DNA of 64,000 bases from Anolis carolinensis (lineage: Eukaryota), in contig NC_085846.1 of assembly GCF_035594765.1 (NCBI RefSeq), positions 14,805,190 through 14,869,189 of the forward strand. The letters are read 5' to 3'. The stretch's first letter is position 1, and each line of letters starts with the position of its first letter. The position numbers and the translations under genes are program-made. Positions 11,945-23,141 of this stretch are shown piece by piece. The notes under the pieces were generated by a model. The model worked only from the letters and a program-made list of their open reading frames with translations. It made no database searches and had not been told where the DNA came from.

Positions 11945-12260
11945 TGTTGTTGTTGTTGTTGAAGGCTTTCATGGCCAGAACAGCTCCTAACAAAGGATTC
12001 CCTCAGGCAGCCAGGCGTTGAAGCTGAAAGGCTATTCAGCGTTAATCAAGCTGTCCAATTGCAACATTCACACTTGCCTCAAGCAAACATGAGTTCTTTC
12101 TTCCACCCTGGACATTATTCCACAGATATATAAACCCCACTTGCCTAGTTTCCAACACACCTCTCAACCTCTGAGGATGCCTGCCATAGATGTGGGCAAA
12201 ACGTCAGGAGAGAGTGCTTCTGGAACATGGCCATATAGCCCGGAAAACTCACAGCAACTC
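11945..12260. mobile_element. Older Penelope pLTR fragment with degenerate hammerhead (12168-12208, GAAA to AAAA)
   Basis: Homology to the 23090-23226 region; inverted tail at the left end. Confidence 0.8.
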
Positions 12261-12726
12261 TTTTTTGTTGTTGTTGTGGTTTCCTTCCCACTATACAGAT
12301 GTAGCAGTTTGATGTAACTTGAACTACCATGGTTGCATGATACAGTATTCTGGGATTTATAGTTTCACAAGGCAACAGAGCTCCCTGATAGAGGATTCTA
12401 AATGCAGTACAAAACTACAAATTCCAGGATTTGGCCACTTCAGCATCTGTGTAGCAGCTAAAGTGGCATCAAGATGTTATAATTGTGTAGAGTTAAATTT
12501 AAATATATATAAGTCAATCCATGTATTTATGTGTTTTGATTGGTTTGTACCACAAAGGCTCTTATATGGCTTGATGGATCTGGACCAAACTTGGCACACA
12601 TTCCTTTTGTTATCTTGTCACACCTACCAGAGCCAAGGCTGGATCTACACTGGCATATAATCCCGTTTCTGAATACAGATTATCTGCTTTGGTCTGGATT
12701 ATGTGGCAGTGTAGATACTGTAGATA

Positions 12727-13034
12727 CAGTAGAGTCTCACTTATCCAACATTCTGGATTATCCAACTCATTTTTGTAGTCAATGTTTTCAATACATCGTG
12801 ATATTTTGGTGCTAAATTCGCAAATAAAGTAATTACTACATAGCATTACTGCATATTGAACTACTTTTTCTGTCAAATTTGCTGTATAACATGTTGTTTT
12901 GGTGCTTAATTTGTAAAATCATAACCTAATTTGATGTTTAATAGGCTTTTCCTTAAGCCCTCCTTATTATCCAACATATTCACTTATCCAAGGTTCTGCC
13001 GGCCCGTTTATGTTGGATAAGTGAGACTCTACTG
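12727..13034. mobile_element. Tc1/mariner-type MITE
   Basis: Same TIRs as 7084-7406, TA TSD. Confidence 0.9.
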
Positions 13035-13439
13035 TATGAATAGAAACAAATGGCGCATCTGCACTGTAGAACTAATGCAGTTTGAGATCGCTTTAACTGC
13101 CATGGCTCAATCCTATGAAATCCTGGGATCTGTAGTTTGGCAAGGCACCAGCACCCTTTGGCAACAAAGTCTATAGATCAGGTATAGTCAAACTTTGGCC
13201 CTCCAGGTGTTTTGGACTTCAACTCCCAGAATTCCTAACAGCCGGTTGTTAGGAATTGTGGGAGTTGAAGTCCAAAACACCTGGAGGGCCAAAGTTTGAC
13301 CAAGCCTGCTATCAAACTACTTGAATCCGACCGTTTCCGATTCATGGTTCAGCCTTTCCCGAACCCTCTCGGCTAAAAACACGGAAACAGTCGAAGTGAG
13401 ACCCGAGAGGTTCCGAAGTGAGGAAAAAACCCGCCCCTT

Positions 13440-13670
13440 TGGGAAACTCCGTCAGCTCGGCTCTTTCCGAGGCGTCGGCGAAATTACCCGAGGAGAACGG
13501 GCTGTTTCCGGAAGCATCCGATCGTTCCCGTTGTGGGAAGTGAGCCTAGAGAGGCGATGTCAGTCTTTGACATCCTGTAGCGGAAAAGGCGGAGATCGGG
13601 AAGTGGGCGTGGCTTTGAGAGTGCTATAAAAGCCCCTCCCTTGGAGTAGGCCTCTCCTTTTCCGTTTCCG
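13440..13670 (+). promoter_or_regulatory. RPL28: RPL28 promoter: CpG-rich, ETS/GABP GGAAG motifs, TATAAAA (13625-13631), polypyrimidine TCT/5'TOP initiator (~13651-13670)
   Basis: CCTCTCCTTTTCCGTTTCC about 25 nt after the TATA box, typical of ribosomal-protein genes. Non-coding exon 1 donor GAG|GTAGGG at 13720/13721. Confidence 0.8.
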
Positions 13671-15079
13671 GTCGCGGCTGAGGGAGGATAGAGAGCAGCA
13701 GGCCTCGTGTTTGCCGGGAGGTAGGGAGGCCTGATGGCGGTCTTTTTTTTTGATGGGTGGAGGAAGAATCCCAGGTTTATATAGCATTGAGCCGTTGCAG
13801 TTAAAGTGGTGTCAAAACGGCATTCACTCTACAGCAGGCATAGGCAAACTTGGGCCCTCCAGGTGTTTGAAGTTCAAAACGCCTGGAGGGCCCAAATTTG
13901 CCCATGCCTGCTGTAGAGTGTAAACGCACCCTAGGCTTCGAATCCCCTCTCGGCCGTGGAAACCCACTGAGTGGCCTTGGGAAAGTCACGCTCTCTCAGC
14001 CTCATAGAGAGGCAAAGGCCACTTACCTCTGAACAGATTCTGTCTAAAACAAAACAGTAACCCAGAAAGTCCTTAAAGGCACGTAACAACATGGCTGTAC
14101 ATCAGAGCTTTCCCATTTGTGAGTCGCTTGTAATCCACAGACGTGTCGTCCCCACAAACAAAGGCTGTCTGGCACAGTCTATGCTCTCCCGACAGATGGC
14201 CATCCAGCCTCAGCTCAAAAATCTCTAGAGAAGGGACTCCATTGGACTCCTGGGCAGTCCATATTTCCCTAGAGTTGGAAGGAATAATAATATACTTAAT
14301 CTACTTTATTTATATTCTACTCTATCTTATCGAGGAGACTCAGGGTGGATTACAGAATACATATATGGCAAACATTCAATATGGTTATACAGGCAACAAG
14401 GACAGATAATACATAGACAGGCGTAAAGGCTTTTGCCTCTGTCTATATATCCCCAACCGGCATCTAGTCCAACCCCCAACAGACAGATGGGGACACACAG
14501 TCAAAGCCCTTCCAACAGATAGCCATCTAGCCTCCCATTTAAAATCATCCAGAGAGATTTAATCCTTACAGAAGAGGAATGCTAGTGCTTTTCAAGTGTA
14601 GGTACTGTTATAACTTCTAATTGGCACAATTTGTTGATTGAGTTGCAGTAATCACTAAAATTGATAAGTTTTTAATTAAGAAAAGAAAATATGTTGACAA
14701 TGTTTTTGATGAACTGCATGGAGCGGCTATAGAGGAAACTACACAAGAATCAAATGTAAAGGAAAAGTTTCCAAACTTTGTTTACAGTAAAGGTTATATG
14801 AAACTTGCATATTTTATATTTTAACTTGAAAATGTATGATTATATTTTATACTACATCTATATTGTATGAAACTCTTATAAGGGTTTGGTTTTGCCTCAA
14901 GTTTTCAAGATGAACTAAATTACCAAGCTGCAAAATAATATAATAACACTTTATTTATATTCTGCCCTTCTCCCTGAGGGGACTCAGAGCAGATTACAGC
15001 ATATAAACAGACACAGGCAAGCATTCAATGCTTTGTTGCAATGAAATACAATGAGACAAAAACACGTAAAAGGCAGACT

Positions 15080-15395
15080 TCTCATTTCATTTCTGGCTCT
15101 GGAGGCGGTGCTCATCTGTGGCTCTGGGGGAGGTACTCTTCTCCATTTTCAAACCGAGGTGCCTCCTGGTCATGTGGCCAGCATGGTTGAATGGAGCGGG
15201 TTTTTTTTTTTTGGTCTTTTCCCGCTAAAGCAGTACCTATTGATCTACTTACATTTGCATGTTTTCAGACTGCTAGGTTGGCAGGTTCTAGGGCTAACAG
15301 TGGGAGCTCACTCCATCTTGTGAATTCGAACTGCCAACCTTCAGGTCAGCACTTTAGCAGCACAAGGGTTTAACCCATTGTGTTACCACGACCCC
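15080..15395 (-). mobile_element. Diverged Sauria SINE in RPL28 intron 1
   Basis: Homology to the SINE body (ACCTATTGATCTACT...TTTGCATGTTTT). Confidence 0.75.
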
Positions 15396-16200
15396 TTAGG
15401 GTTCATGTTTAAGAAGTGTGTCACCAAGATGGAAAGTTTGGAAAGCTCTGCTGTTCATGGTGCTTTACAAGTAAAAGAATAGCAAAACAATTCCCATGTC
15501 TGTGCCTGTGAGCTACATTTTTTTTTCCTTTCTGGAAAACTCATCAGTTTGACTGGCACTACTGTAATCCAAAATGTTCTGAAATTTGTAAAGGTTCGTA
15601 GTAATTTACAAAGATAGCACGTGTGACAGGTCTCCCACTTTAGGATTGTAATCTAAAATACAATGACTAAATTAAGATACTTACAGAATGATCAGTCCTG
15701 TCCAGTTGTATTAGGCGCAGAGCAGAGAGTAATGAAAGGCTGTTTCATGGTTTCAGAACTTTTATTAGTAAAAATTCTTTAAAAGTCTAAAGCTGTAGTT
15801 TTTGAACAAGGTTTCCCATTTCCTTTCCTCCAACCACACAAATTGGTTGTGTCAATTTGCTGTTTAGTAGATATTGAAGAGGAAATGAAATTATTCTGTC
15901 AGCATTTATCAGAAGAGATAATGATGTGCAAACAAATTTTTAATAAGTGTATTGGGAGGCAAGATTATAATTTAGAGGTAAAAGGGAAATAAGAGTAGCA
16001 GCATAGAAGCAGAAATCAGTTTAGTAAGGACAAGATAAATTAATAAAAACTCAAGAATGCTCAGCCAAACGTTTTGATTGAGGTGTGGTAATTTGTGGGA
16101 ACAGGACATGTGTTATATGGGTATGACCTTTTGAGCCTGATTAAAATACACAAAAATAATGAATTATTGCATGGCTTCTTCCTGTCCAGGAACCTGCACA

Positions 16201-16281
16201 ATGTCGGCCCATCTACAATGGATGATTGTGCGCAACTGCTCAAGTTTCCTCATCAAAAGGAACAAGCAAACGTACAGCATG
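16201..16281 (+). CDS. RPL28: 60S ribosomal protein L28 (eL28), coding exon 1 ([27 protein letters not shown])
   Basis: Near-identical to the vertebrate RPL28 N-terminus. Acceptor at 16189/16190, donor ATG|GTGAG. Confidence 0.97.
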
Positions 16282-16461
16282 GTGAGACAGAACTCCTTTC
16301 TCTTGTGAGCAAGACTTGATTTTTAGTATGCCTGGCTGAAATTGCAGTTTCTTTCCTAAGGGATTCAGCAATCCTGGATTCTTACCCCCCGTTTTCATAT
16401 GCATTTCCACTTTGAAATGTGTGTATGAAGTTCTGATAAATGATCTCTTGTTTTTTCAAAG

Positions 16462-16585
16462 GAACCCAACAACCTTAAAGCCCGCAACTCCTTCCGCTAC
16501 AATGGACTGATCCATCGTAAGACGGTTGGGGTGGAGCCAGCTGCTGATGGGAAGGGCATCGTTGTGGTCCTGAAGAAGCGTGCAG
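16462..16585 (+). CDS. RPL28: RPL28 coding exon 2 ([41 protein letters not shown])
   Basis: 124-nt exon, canonical AG/GT, conserved peptide. Confidence 0.97.
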
Positions 16586-16989
16586 GTAGGTTTTTAAGAT
16601 CTTGAAATGGATGTCAAATTGAAATTGGGACCCTGGGATGTTGAATTGAGATGGGGCACATGGCAAGCACAGTTTTTTAAAATATCAAATTAAAGTGACA
16701 TTCTGTTGCGTAGATGGTATAAGGGGATGGTGGATACAGGCTTACCAGTGAGCGAGTTGCATTAACCATATCCGTGTCTTTAAATAATATTTCCGATGGT
16801 GTTCAGTGTGCCTAAGGATCACTAAAATAATGAATTTGAAGCACAAAAACTTTTATGCCTGCAGTATTTGCGGTATGCACATTTTTTGCAAGACTCTTGG
16901 CCACTGTTCTTGAATTTGAGCTGCCACCTCTTCAGAGATTCTTGAGTCTTCTGCCTTTGCATCCTAATCTCCTGGCTCCCTTCTTGCAG

Positions 16990-17108
16990 GTCAGCGGAAG
17001 CCAGCAACTTCTTATGAGAAGATTACCATCAACAAAAATGCACGTGCCACTCTCAGCAGTCTCCGCCACATCATCCGCAAGAACAATTACCGCAAGGACC
17101 TGCGCATG
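16990..17108 (+). CDS. RPL28: RPL28 coding exon 3 ([40 protein letters not shown])
   Basis: 119-nt exon, canonical splice sites. Confidence 0.97.
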
Positions 17109-17877
17109 GTAAGACGGATCCCTCTTTGTTTTCTTGGTTGGTAGGTTTATGCTGTCTTGGTAACCAAAATAATTCAGTAAGCATAGAGTGGTGGTGTATC
17201 AAACAAAAAGATTTTTGGTTTTAATGTTTAATGACTAAAGGCCAAGGGAAAGTTAATTGCCACCCAAGAGACTGAATATTTGTGAGTGAGGAATAAGGTG
17301 CTTGTGTTTATATCATTTATCCAGGGAGTGATATATCTAAGTTCTGGTCTTTGGAGAATTTCAAGAAAGAAAGAACGCATTGTAGTCAATTGGTACTCAC
17401 TGATTTGACATATTGAAAAAATATTGCTGGGCCCAAATAGATGAAAAAGCACTGATGTAGGCTGGATCTACACTGCGATATAATCCAGTTTCAGAATGCA
17501 GATTAAATGCCTTGAACTGAAATGTATGAGTCTACACTGCCATATAATCCAGTTCAATGCAGTTAATTTGCATTCTGAAACTGGATTATATGGCAGTGTT
17601 GATGGGGGGTCGTAAACAACTTCTGTTTCATCTACTTTGGAAGGACTTAGACTATTGATGAGAGTATAGCTTTAAAATACCTGGCCCTATAATGAGGTAT
17701 GAAATTATTTTTAAGTGGGAAATTATTTGGTATACTTCAGCTTTTCTATCTTTGATCATCTCTGCAGGCTAGATGAGGTTGACTTTGAGATAATTTGTCT
17801 TTTAACAAGAAACCTCAAGGTTCATAACCCATCCCCAGGTTCAGTCCATTCATTTTTCCTCTTCTTTCTCCTCCCAG

Positions 17878-17967
17878 GCTGCCTTGAGACGCGCCAGTGC
17901 AATTCTACGCAGCCAGAAGCCAGTGGTGGTGAAGAAGAAGCGGACCAGGGCTACTAAAGCTGCATAA
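17878..17967 (+). CDS. RPL28: RPL28 last coding exon (AALRRASAILRSQKPVVVKKKRTRATKAA*); total CDS 414 nt = 137 aa
   Basis: Polypyrimidine acceptor, TAA stop, AATAAA at 17988-17993. Confidence 0.97.
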   Translation, partial: AALRRASAILRSQKPVVVKKKRTRATKAA

Positions 17968-19001
17968 ACATAGTTGCCAGATTTTCCAATAAAGGATCCG
18001 AACTAGAGTACGTGGTGGCTGAGTGGCGTTAATAAATAACTAATGGGGGATTTTCTTTCTTTTCCAGAAAAATATTTTTAGTTATCATTTTGTTTGAAGA
18101 TGGGATTCCCCCTCCAAACATACACATTTTTCCAGTTGGTTTCATAAAATTGTTGATTTGGGATTAGAGCCAGAGTAGTTGAAATGCAAGCAGCCTGTAA
18201 AGCTATCTCCTGTGGTTTGCTTTCTGCTATTGAAATGCCTTCAAATTGACGCTGACTTACAGTAAACCTATCATCGAGTTTTCTAAGTAAGATGTGTTCA
18301 AAGTGGGTTTGCAATAGCTTACTTCTGAGGCTGAAGGAGTATAGCTTGCCAAGATCACCCAAAGAGGGTGTTCATGGCCAAGAAAGGATTAGAAACCTGG
18401 TCTCTCAGAATCTTTATCCAATATTCAAACTGCTGTACTACATTGTCTTTCTGTAAGTAGGCGAGAGTGTGACTTGCCCAAAGTCATACACACACTGGGT
18501 TTCCAAAATGAAAAGACTCTGATCCTAGTATTCTGAATCCTAATCCAACATTCAGAGCCTTACACTCTGATGTCTATTTCCAAAAGCACACACTTCTCCC
18601 ATCTGGTATGGTCTCTGTCAACTTTCCCCCCTAATAATCTTTGAACGTGATTTTCCTGCTTCTTGGCAGGGGGTTGGACTGGATGGCCCGTGAGATCTCT
18701 TTCGACTCTATGATTCTATCTGTTTTTATGATTATAAAGACTTCGAACTGGTTTAAAACAAACACAAAGGTCCCAAGAATGAGTTTTTATAGTGGATTTA
18801 TACTGCATTAATTTAATGTAAAATCACTTTGTAACCCACCCTGTAAGGATAGGGCCAAGACAACATGCCATGTCTAGGTTGTGGTGAACAGAAAAAAAAT
18901 GTTTTATTACTATATTGTGATATAACCAGAATTCAATATCAGTTTCTATCTATTGGGCTTTGTTTTCATATCTCATGGAATAATTGTTTAATTGCCTCTG
19001 C

Positions 19002-19019
19002 AACCAATAGATGGCAGTT
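19002..19019 (+). promoter_or_regulatory. Candidate CTCF site (forward)
   Basis: ACCAATAGATGGCAGTT resembles the CCACTAGATGGCAG consensus; motif only. Confidence 0.45.
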
Positions 19020-19475
19020 AAGAGCTGAAGAAAGTTCAGATTCTGACTACCATTTCATCCCTTCTTCCTGCCACATAACTTTTGACTACAGATAGCTTAT
19101 GTTTAACAGCTTCTTTACAACACCACTTTTAACTGGTACTTACTTGGTATGAATTGCCTCTCTATCCTACCATGCTGAATCTGGAATAGGCATTGCTGTC
19201 AATTCAGAAACTGTTCCGAGCTGGCTTTGCTGCAAATGTTCTGTTCTGCATCCTTAAAAGTGCATCTGTTCCCAGCCTTACAAGCTTTTCATTTTTAATA
19301 CTGCCCTCATGTTTTAAGGCGTATATGTACTGCCAGGTGTAGGACATGAAAACATTCAAAATACATGAGATTATGATCTGTTCCCCTACTCACAGAAATA
19401 CAAAATCTGACAATAAAAGCAGAGGGTTGTTGTATGTCTTTCGGGCTGTGTGGCCATGTTCCAGAAGCATTCTCT

Positions 19476-19516
19476 CCTGACGTTTCGCCCACATCTATGG
19501 CAGGCATCCTCAGAGG
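19476..19516 (-). ncRNA. Minimal hammerhead ribozyme motif, intact core
   Basis: Exact reverse complement of 23101-23141. Confidence 0.8.
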
Positions 19517-20055
19517 TTGTGAGGTATGGATAAACTAAGTAAGGAAAGGAAAGAATATATATCTGTGTCCAAGGTGTGGCAAGAGTCCTTTGTCACTGGG
19601 AGCCAGCATTAATGTTTCAGTTAATCACCCTAATTAGCATTGGAGATGTTTTGTCCCTTGCCTGGGGGCATCCTTTGTTCAGTCAAGTCCTCATTGTGTT
19701 GGTTCCCATCTACTGTTTTGATTTTGGAGTTTTGTAATACTGGTAGCCAGATTTTGTTCATTTTCATGGTTTCTTCCTTTCTGTTAAAGTTGTCCACATG
19801 CTTGTGGATTTCAATGGCTTCTCTGTGTAGTCTGACATGATAGTTGTTGGAATGGTCCAGCATTTTTGTGTTCTCAAATAGTATCCTGTGTCCAGGCTGG
19901 TTCATCAAATGCTCTGCTATGGCTGATTTCTCTGGTTGAATTAGTCTGCAGTGCCTTTCATGTTCTTTGACTCTTGTTTGGGCGCTGCGTTTGGTGGTCC
20001 CTATGTAGACTTGTCCACAGCTGCATGGTATCCGGTAGACTCCTGCAGAAGAGAG

Positions 20056-20378
20056 GGGAAGTCATAGGGAGGAGGGAGCAAGCTTATTTTCTGCTGCCCT
20101 GCAGACTAGGACACGGAACAATGGCTTCAAACTACAGGAAAGGAGATTCCACCTGAACATCAGGAAGAACTTCCTCACTGTGAGGGCTGTTCGGCAGTGG
20201 AACTCTCTCCCCCGGGCCGTGGTGGAGGCTCCTTCTTTGGAGGCTTTTAAGCAGAGGCTGGATGGCCATCTGTCGGGGGTGCTTTGAATGCGATTTCCTG
20301 CTTCTTAGCGGGGGGTTGGACTAGATGGCCCTTGAGGTCTCTTCCAACTCTACTATTCTATGGTTCTCTATGATTCTA
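20056..20378 (+). mobile_element. CR1 LINE 3' fragment inserted into the left Penelope arm
   Basis: Nearly identical to 50730-51060, ATTCTATG tail, short AGAGAG-type duplication at the junctions. Confidence 0.9.
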
Positions 20379-21310
20379 TGAGAGAGGATCCCTCTTGTCC
20401 TTCGCTGACCGTAGCATTTGTTGGATTTTCTTCGTGGGTCTGTAGATAGTTTGTAGGTTGTGCTTCTTCATCAGCTTCCCTATGCGGTCAGTAGTTCCCT
20501 TGATGTATGGTAAGAACACCTTTCCTCTGGGTGGATCTTTGTCTTGACTCTCATGGCTTGTTCTTGCCCTTGCAGCTCTTCTGATGTCTGTGGTGGAGTA
20601 TCCATTGGCCTGTAGAGCCCAGTTTAGGTGGTTGAGTTCACCTTGGAGGAGGTGAGGTTCGCAGATTCTTTGTGCACGGTCTGTCAGGGCTTTGATTGTG
20701 CTCCTTTTTTGACTTGGGTGATGGTTGGAGTTTTTATGAAGGTATCTATCTGTGTGTGTAGGTTTTCTGTAAACTGTGTGGCCCAATTGTTGATTGGGTT
20801 TGCGGATGACCAGAACATCTAGAAATGGCAGTTTTCCTTCCTTTTCTTTTTCCATGGTGAATTGGATGTTTGGGTGGATGCTGTTAAGATGGTCCAGGAA
20901 CTTGCTGAGTTCTTCCTCTCCATGGCTCCAAATTGTGAAGGTGTCATCTACGTATCTGAACCAAACAGTTGGCTTTTTTGGTGCTGTTTCTAGGGCCTGT
21001 TTTTCAAAGTATTCCATATAGAAATTTGCTACTACTGGGCTGAGAGGGCTCCCCATGGCCACTCCATCCTTCTGTTCATAGAATCCAGTGTCCCACTGAA
21101 AGTAGCTAGTGGTGAGGCAATGGTGAAACAGGGCTGTGATGTCTTCTGGGAAGTTTTGTTTGATTAGTGTGAGGGTGTCAGCTACTGGGACTTTGGTAAA
21201 AAGGGACACCACATCAAAGCTGATCAGGATGTCCTTGGTGCTTAGATTGAGGTTGCTGATCTTTTCTATAAAGTGTGTAGAGTCCTTGATATAATGTGCA
21301 GTGAGCCCAA
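20376..21310 (-). pseudogene. Inverted, CR1-interrupted copy of the Penelope RT ORF (GIY-YIG part continues at ~20055-19630)
   Basis: Translation matches the 549-aa ORF except D/N at KRDPL vs KRNPL. Confidence 0.9.
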
Positions 21311-21337
21311 GCTGACAAGGGGAATGCCACAGTAATC

Positions 21338-22987
21338 ATGGAAACAAAACAATACAAGGAAAAAATCAGACAACTTCTAGATCCCACAATTTACAAGAAA
21401 CTGAAACAAGACCCCACTAACAAAATCACCAGAAAAACGAACACTCTAATCAAGAACTCCTCCATTAACTTTGACATACGCCAACAGCTGTGCAAATCAG
21501 AAGCCCTCCCACCCAGGCTTTACGGACTCCCCAAAATCCACAAGGACTCCATCCCACTCAGACCCATTGTAAGTGCCATTGGATCGCCGACTTACAACCT
21601 GGCAAAATTTCTGGCTACACAGCTACAAACCCACATTGGGCTCACTGCACATTATATCAAGGACTCTACACACTTTATAGAAAAGATCAGCAACCTCAAT
21701 CTAAGCACCAAGGACATCCTGATCAGCTTTGATGTGGTGTCCCTTTTTACCAAAGTCCCAGTAGCTGACACCCTCACACTAATCAAACAAAACTTCCCAG
21801 AAGACATCACAGCCCTGTTTCACCATTGCCTCACCACTAGCTACTTTCAGTGGGACACTGGATTCTATGAACAGAAGGATGGAGTGGCCATGGGGAGCCC
21901 TCTCAGCCCAGTAGTAGCAAATTTCTATATGGAATACTTTGAAAAACAGGCCCTAGAAACAGCACCAAAAAAGCCAACTGTTTGGTTCAGATACGTAGAT
22001 GACACCTTCACAATTTGGAGCCATGGAGAGGAAGAACTCAGCAAGTTCCTGGACCATCTTAACAGCATCCACCCAAACATCCAATTCACCATGGAAAAAG
22101 AAAAGGAAGGAAAACTGCCATTTCTAGATGTTCTGGTCATCCGCAAACCCAATCAACAATTGGGCCACACAGTTTACAGAAAACCTACACACACAGATAG
22201 ATACCTTCATAAAAACTCCAACCATCACCCAAGTCAAAAAAGGAGCACAATCAAAGCCCTGACAGACCGTGCACAAAGAATCTGCGAACCTCACCTCCTC
22301 CAAGGTGAACTCAACCACCTAAACTGGGCTCTACAGGCCAATGGATACTCCACCACAGACATCAGAAGAGCTGCAAGGGCAAGAACAAGCCATGAGAGTC
22401 AAGACAAAGATCCACCCAGAGGAAAGGTGTTCTTACCATACATCAAGGGAACTACTGACCGCATAGGGAAGCTGATGAAGAAGCACAACCTACAAACTAT
22501 CTACAGACCCACGAAGAAAATCCAACAAATGCTACGGTCAGCGAAGGACAAGAGGAATCCTCTCTCTTCTGCAGGAGTCTACCGGATACCATGCAGCTGT
22601 GGACAAGTCTACATAGGGACCACCAAACGCAGCGCCCAAACAAGAGTCAAAGAACATGAAAGGCACTGCAGACTAATTCAACCAGAGAAATCAGCCATAG
22701 CAGAGCATTTGATGAACCAGCCTGGACACAGGATACTATTTGAGAACACAAAAATGCTGGACCATTCCAACAACTATCATGTCAGACTACACAGAGAAGC
22801 CATTGAAATCCACAAGCATGTGGACAACTTTAACAGAAAGGAAGAAACCATGAAAATGAACAAAATCTGGCTACCAGTATTACAAAACTCCAAAATCAAA
22901 ACAGTAGATGGGAACCAACACAATGAGGACTTGACTGAACAAAGGATGCCCCCAGGCAAGGGACAAAACATCTCCAATGCTAATTAG
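21338..22987 (+). CDS. Penelope-like reverse transcriptase + GIY-YIG endonuclease ORF (5'-truncated; frame open from 21311, ADKGNATVIM)
   Basis: RT motifs YGLPKIHK, LRPIVS, SFDVVSLFT, GVAMGSPLSP and RYVDD; endonuclease GVYRIPCSCGQVYIGTT...EH...EH. Confidence 0.95.
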   Translation: METKQYKEKIRQLLDPTIYKKLKQDPTNKITRKTNTLIKNSSINFDIRQQLCKSEALPPRLYGLPKIHKDSIPLRPIVSAIGSPTYNLAKFLATQLQTHIGLTAHYIKDSTHFIEKISNLNLSTKDILISFDVVSLFTKVPVADTLTLIKQNFPEDITALFHHCLTTSYFQWDTGFYEQKDGVAMGSPLSPVVANFYMEYFEKQALETAPKKPTVWFRYVDDTFTIWSHGEEELSKFLDHLNSIHPNIQFTMEKEKEGKLPFLDVLVIRKPNQQLGHTVYRKPTHTDRYLHKNSNHHPSQKRSTIKALTDRAQRICEPHLLQGELNHLNWALQANGYSTTDIRRAARARTSHESQDKDPPRGKVFLPYIKGTTDRIGKLMKKHNLQTIYRPTKKIQQMLRSAKDKRNPLSSAGVYRIPCSCGQVYIGTTKRSAQTRVKEHERHCRLIQPEKSAIAEHLMNQPGHRILFENTKMLDHSNNYHVRLHREAIEIHKHVDNFNRKEETMKMNKIWLPVLQNSKIKTVDGNQHNEDLTEQRMPPGKGQNISNAN

Positions 22988-23100
22988 GGTGATTAACTGA
23001 AACATTAATGCTGGCTCCCATTGACAAAGGACTCTTGCCACACCTTGGACACAGATATATATTCTTTCCTTTCCTTACTTAGTTTATCCATACCTCACAA

Positions 23101-23141
23101 CCTCTGAGGATGCCTGCCATAGATGTGGGCGAAACGTCAGG
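23101..23141 (+). ncRNA. Minimal type-I hammerhead ribozyme motif, intact core; predicted cleavage after C23138
   Basis: Stem I CCU/AGG, CUGAGGA, stem II GCCUGC/GUGGGC, GAAAC, GUC; self-complementary ACGU in stem III. Confidence 0.8.

Noticed and set aside
16282-17877. Intronic snoRNAs in RPL28 (hairpins and ACA near 16730-16885; hairpin ~16394-16429)
   Set aside because: Stems are weak or short, H/ACA and C/D box spacing is unconvincing, and I could identify no rRNA guide. An Infernal/snoReport run would be needed.
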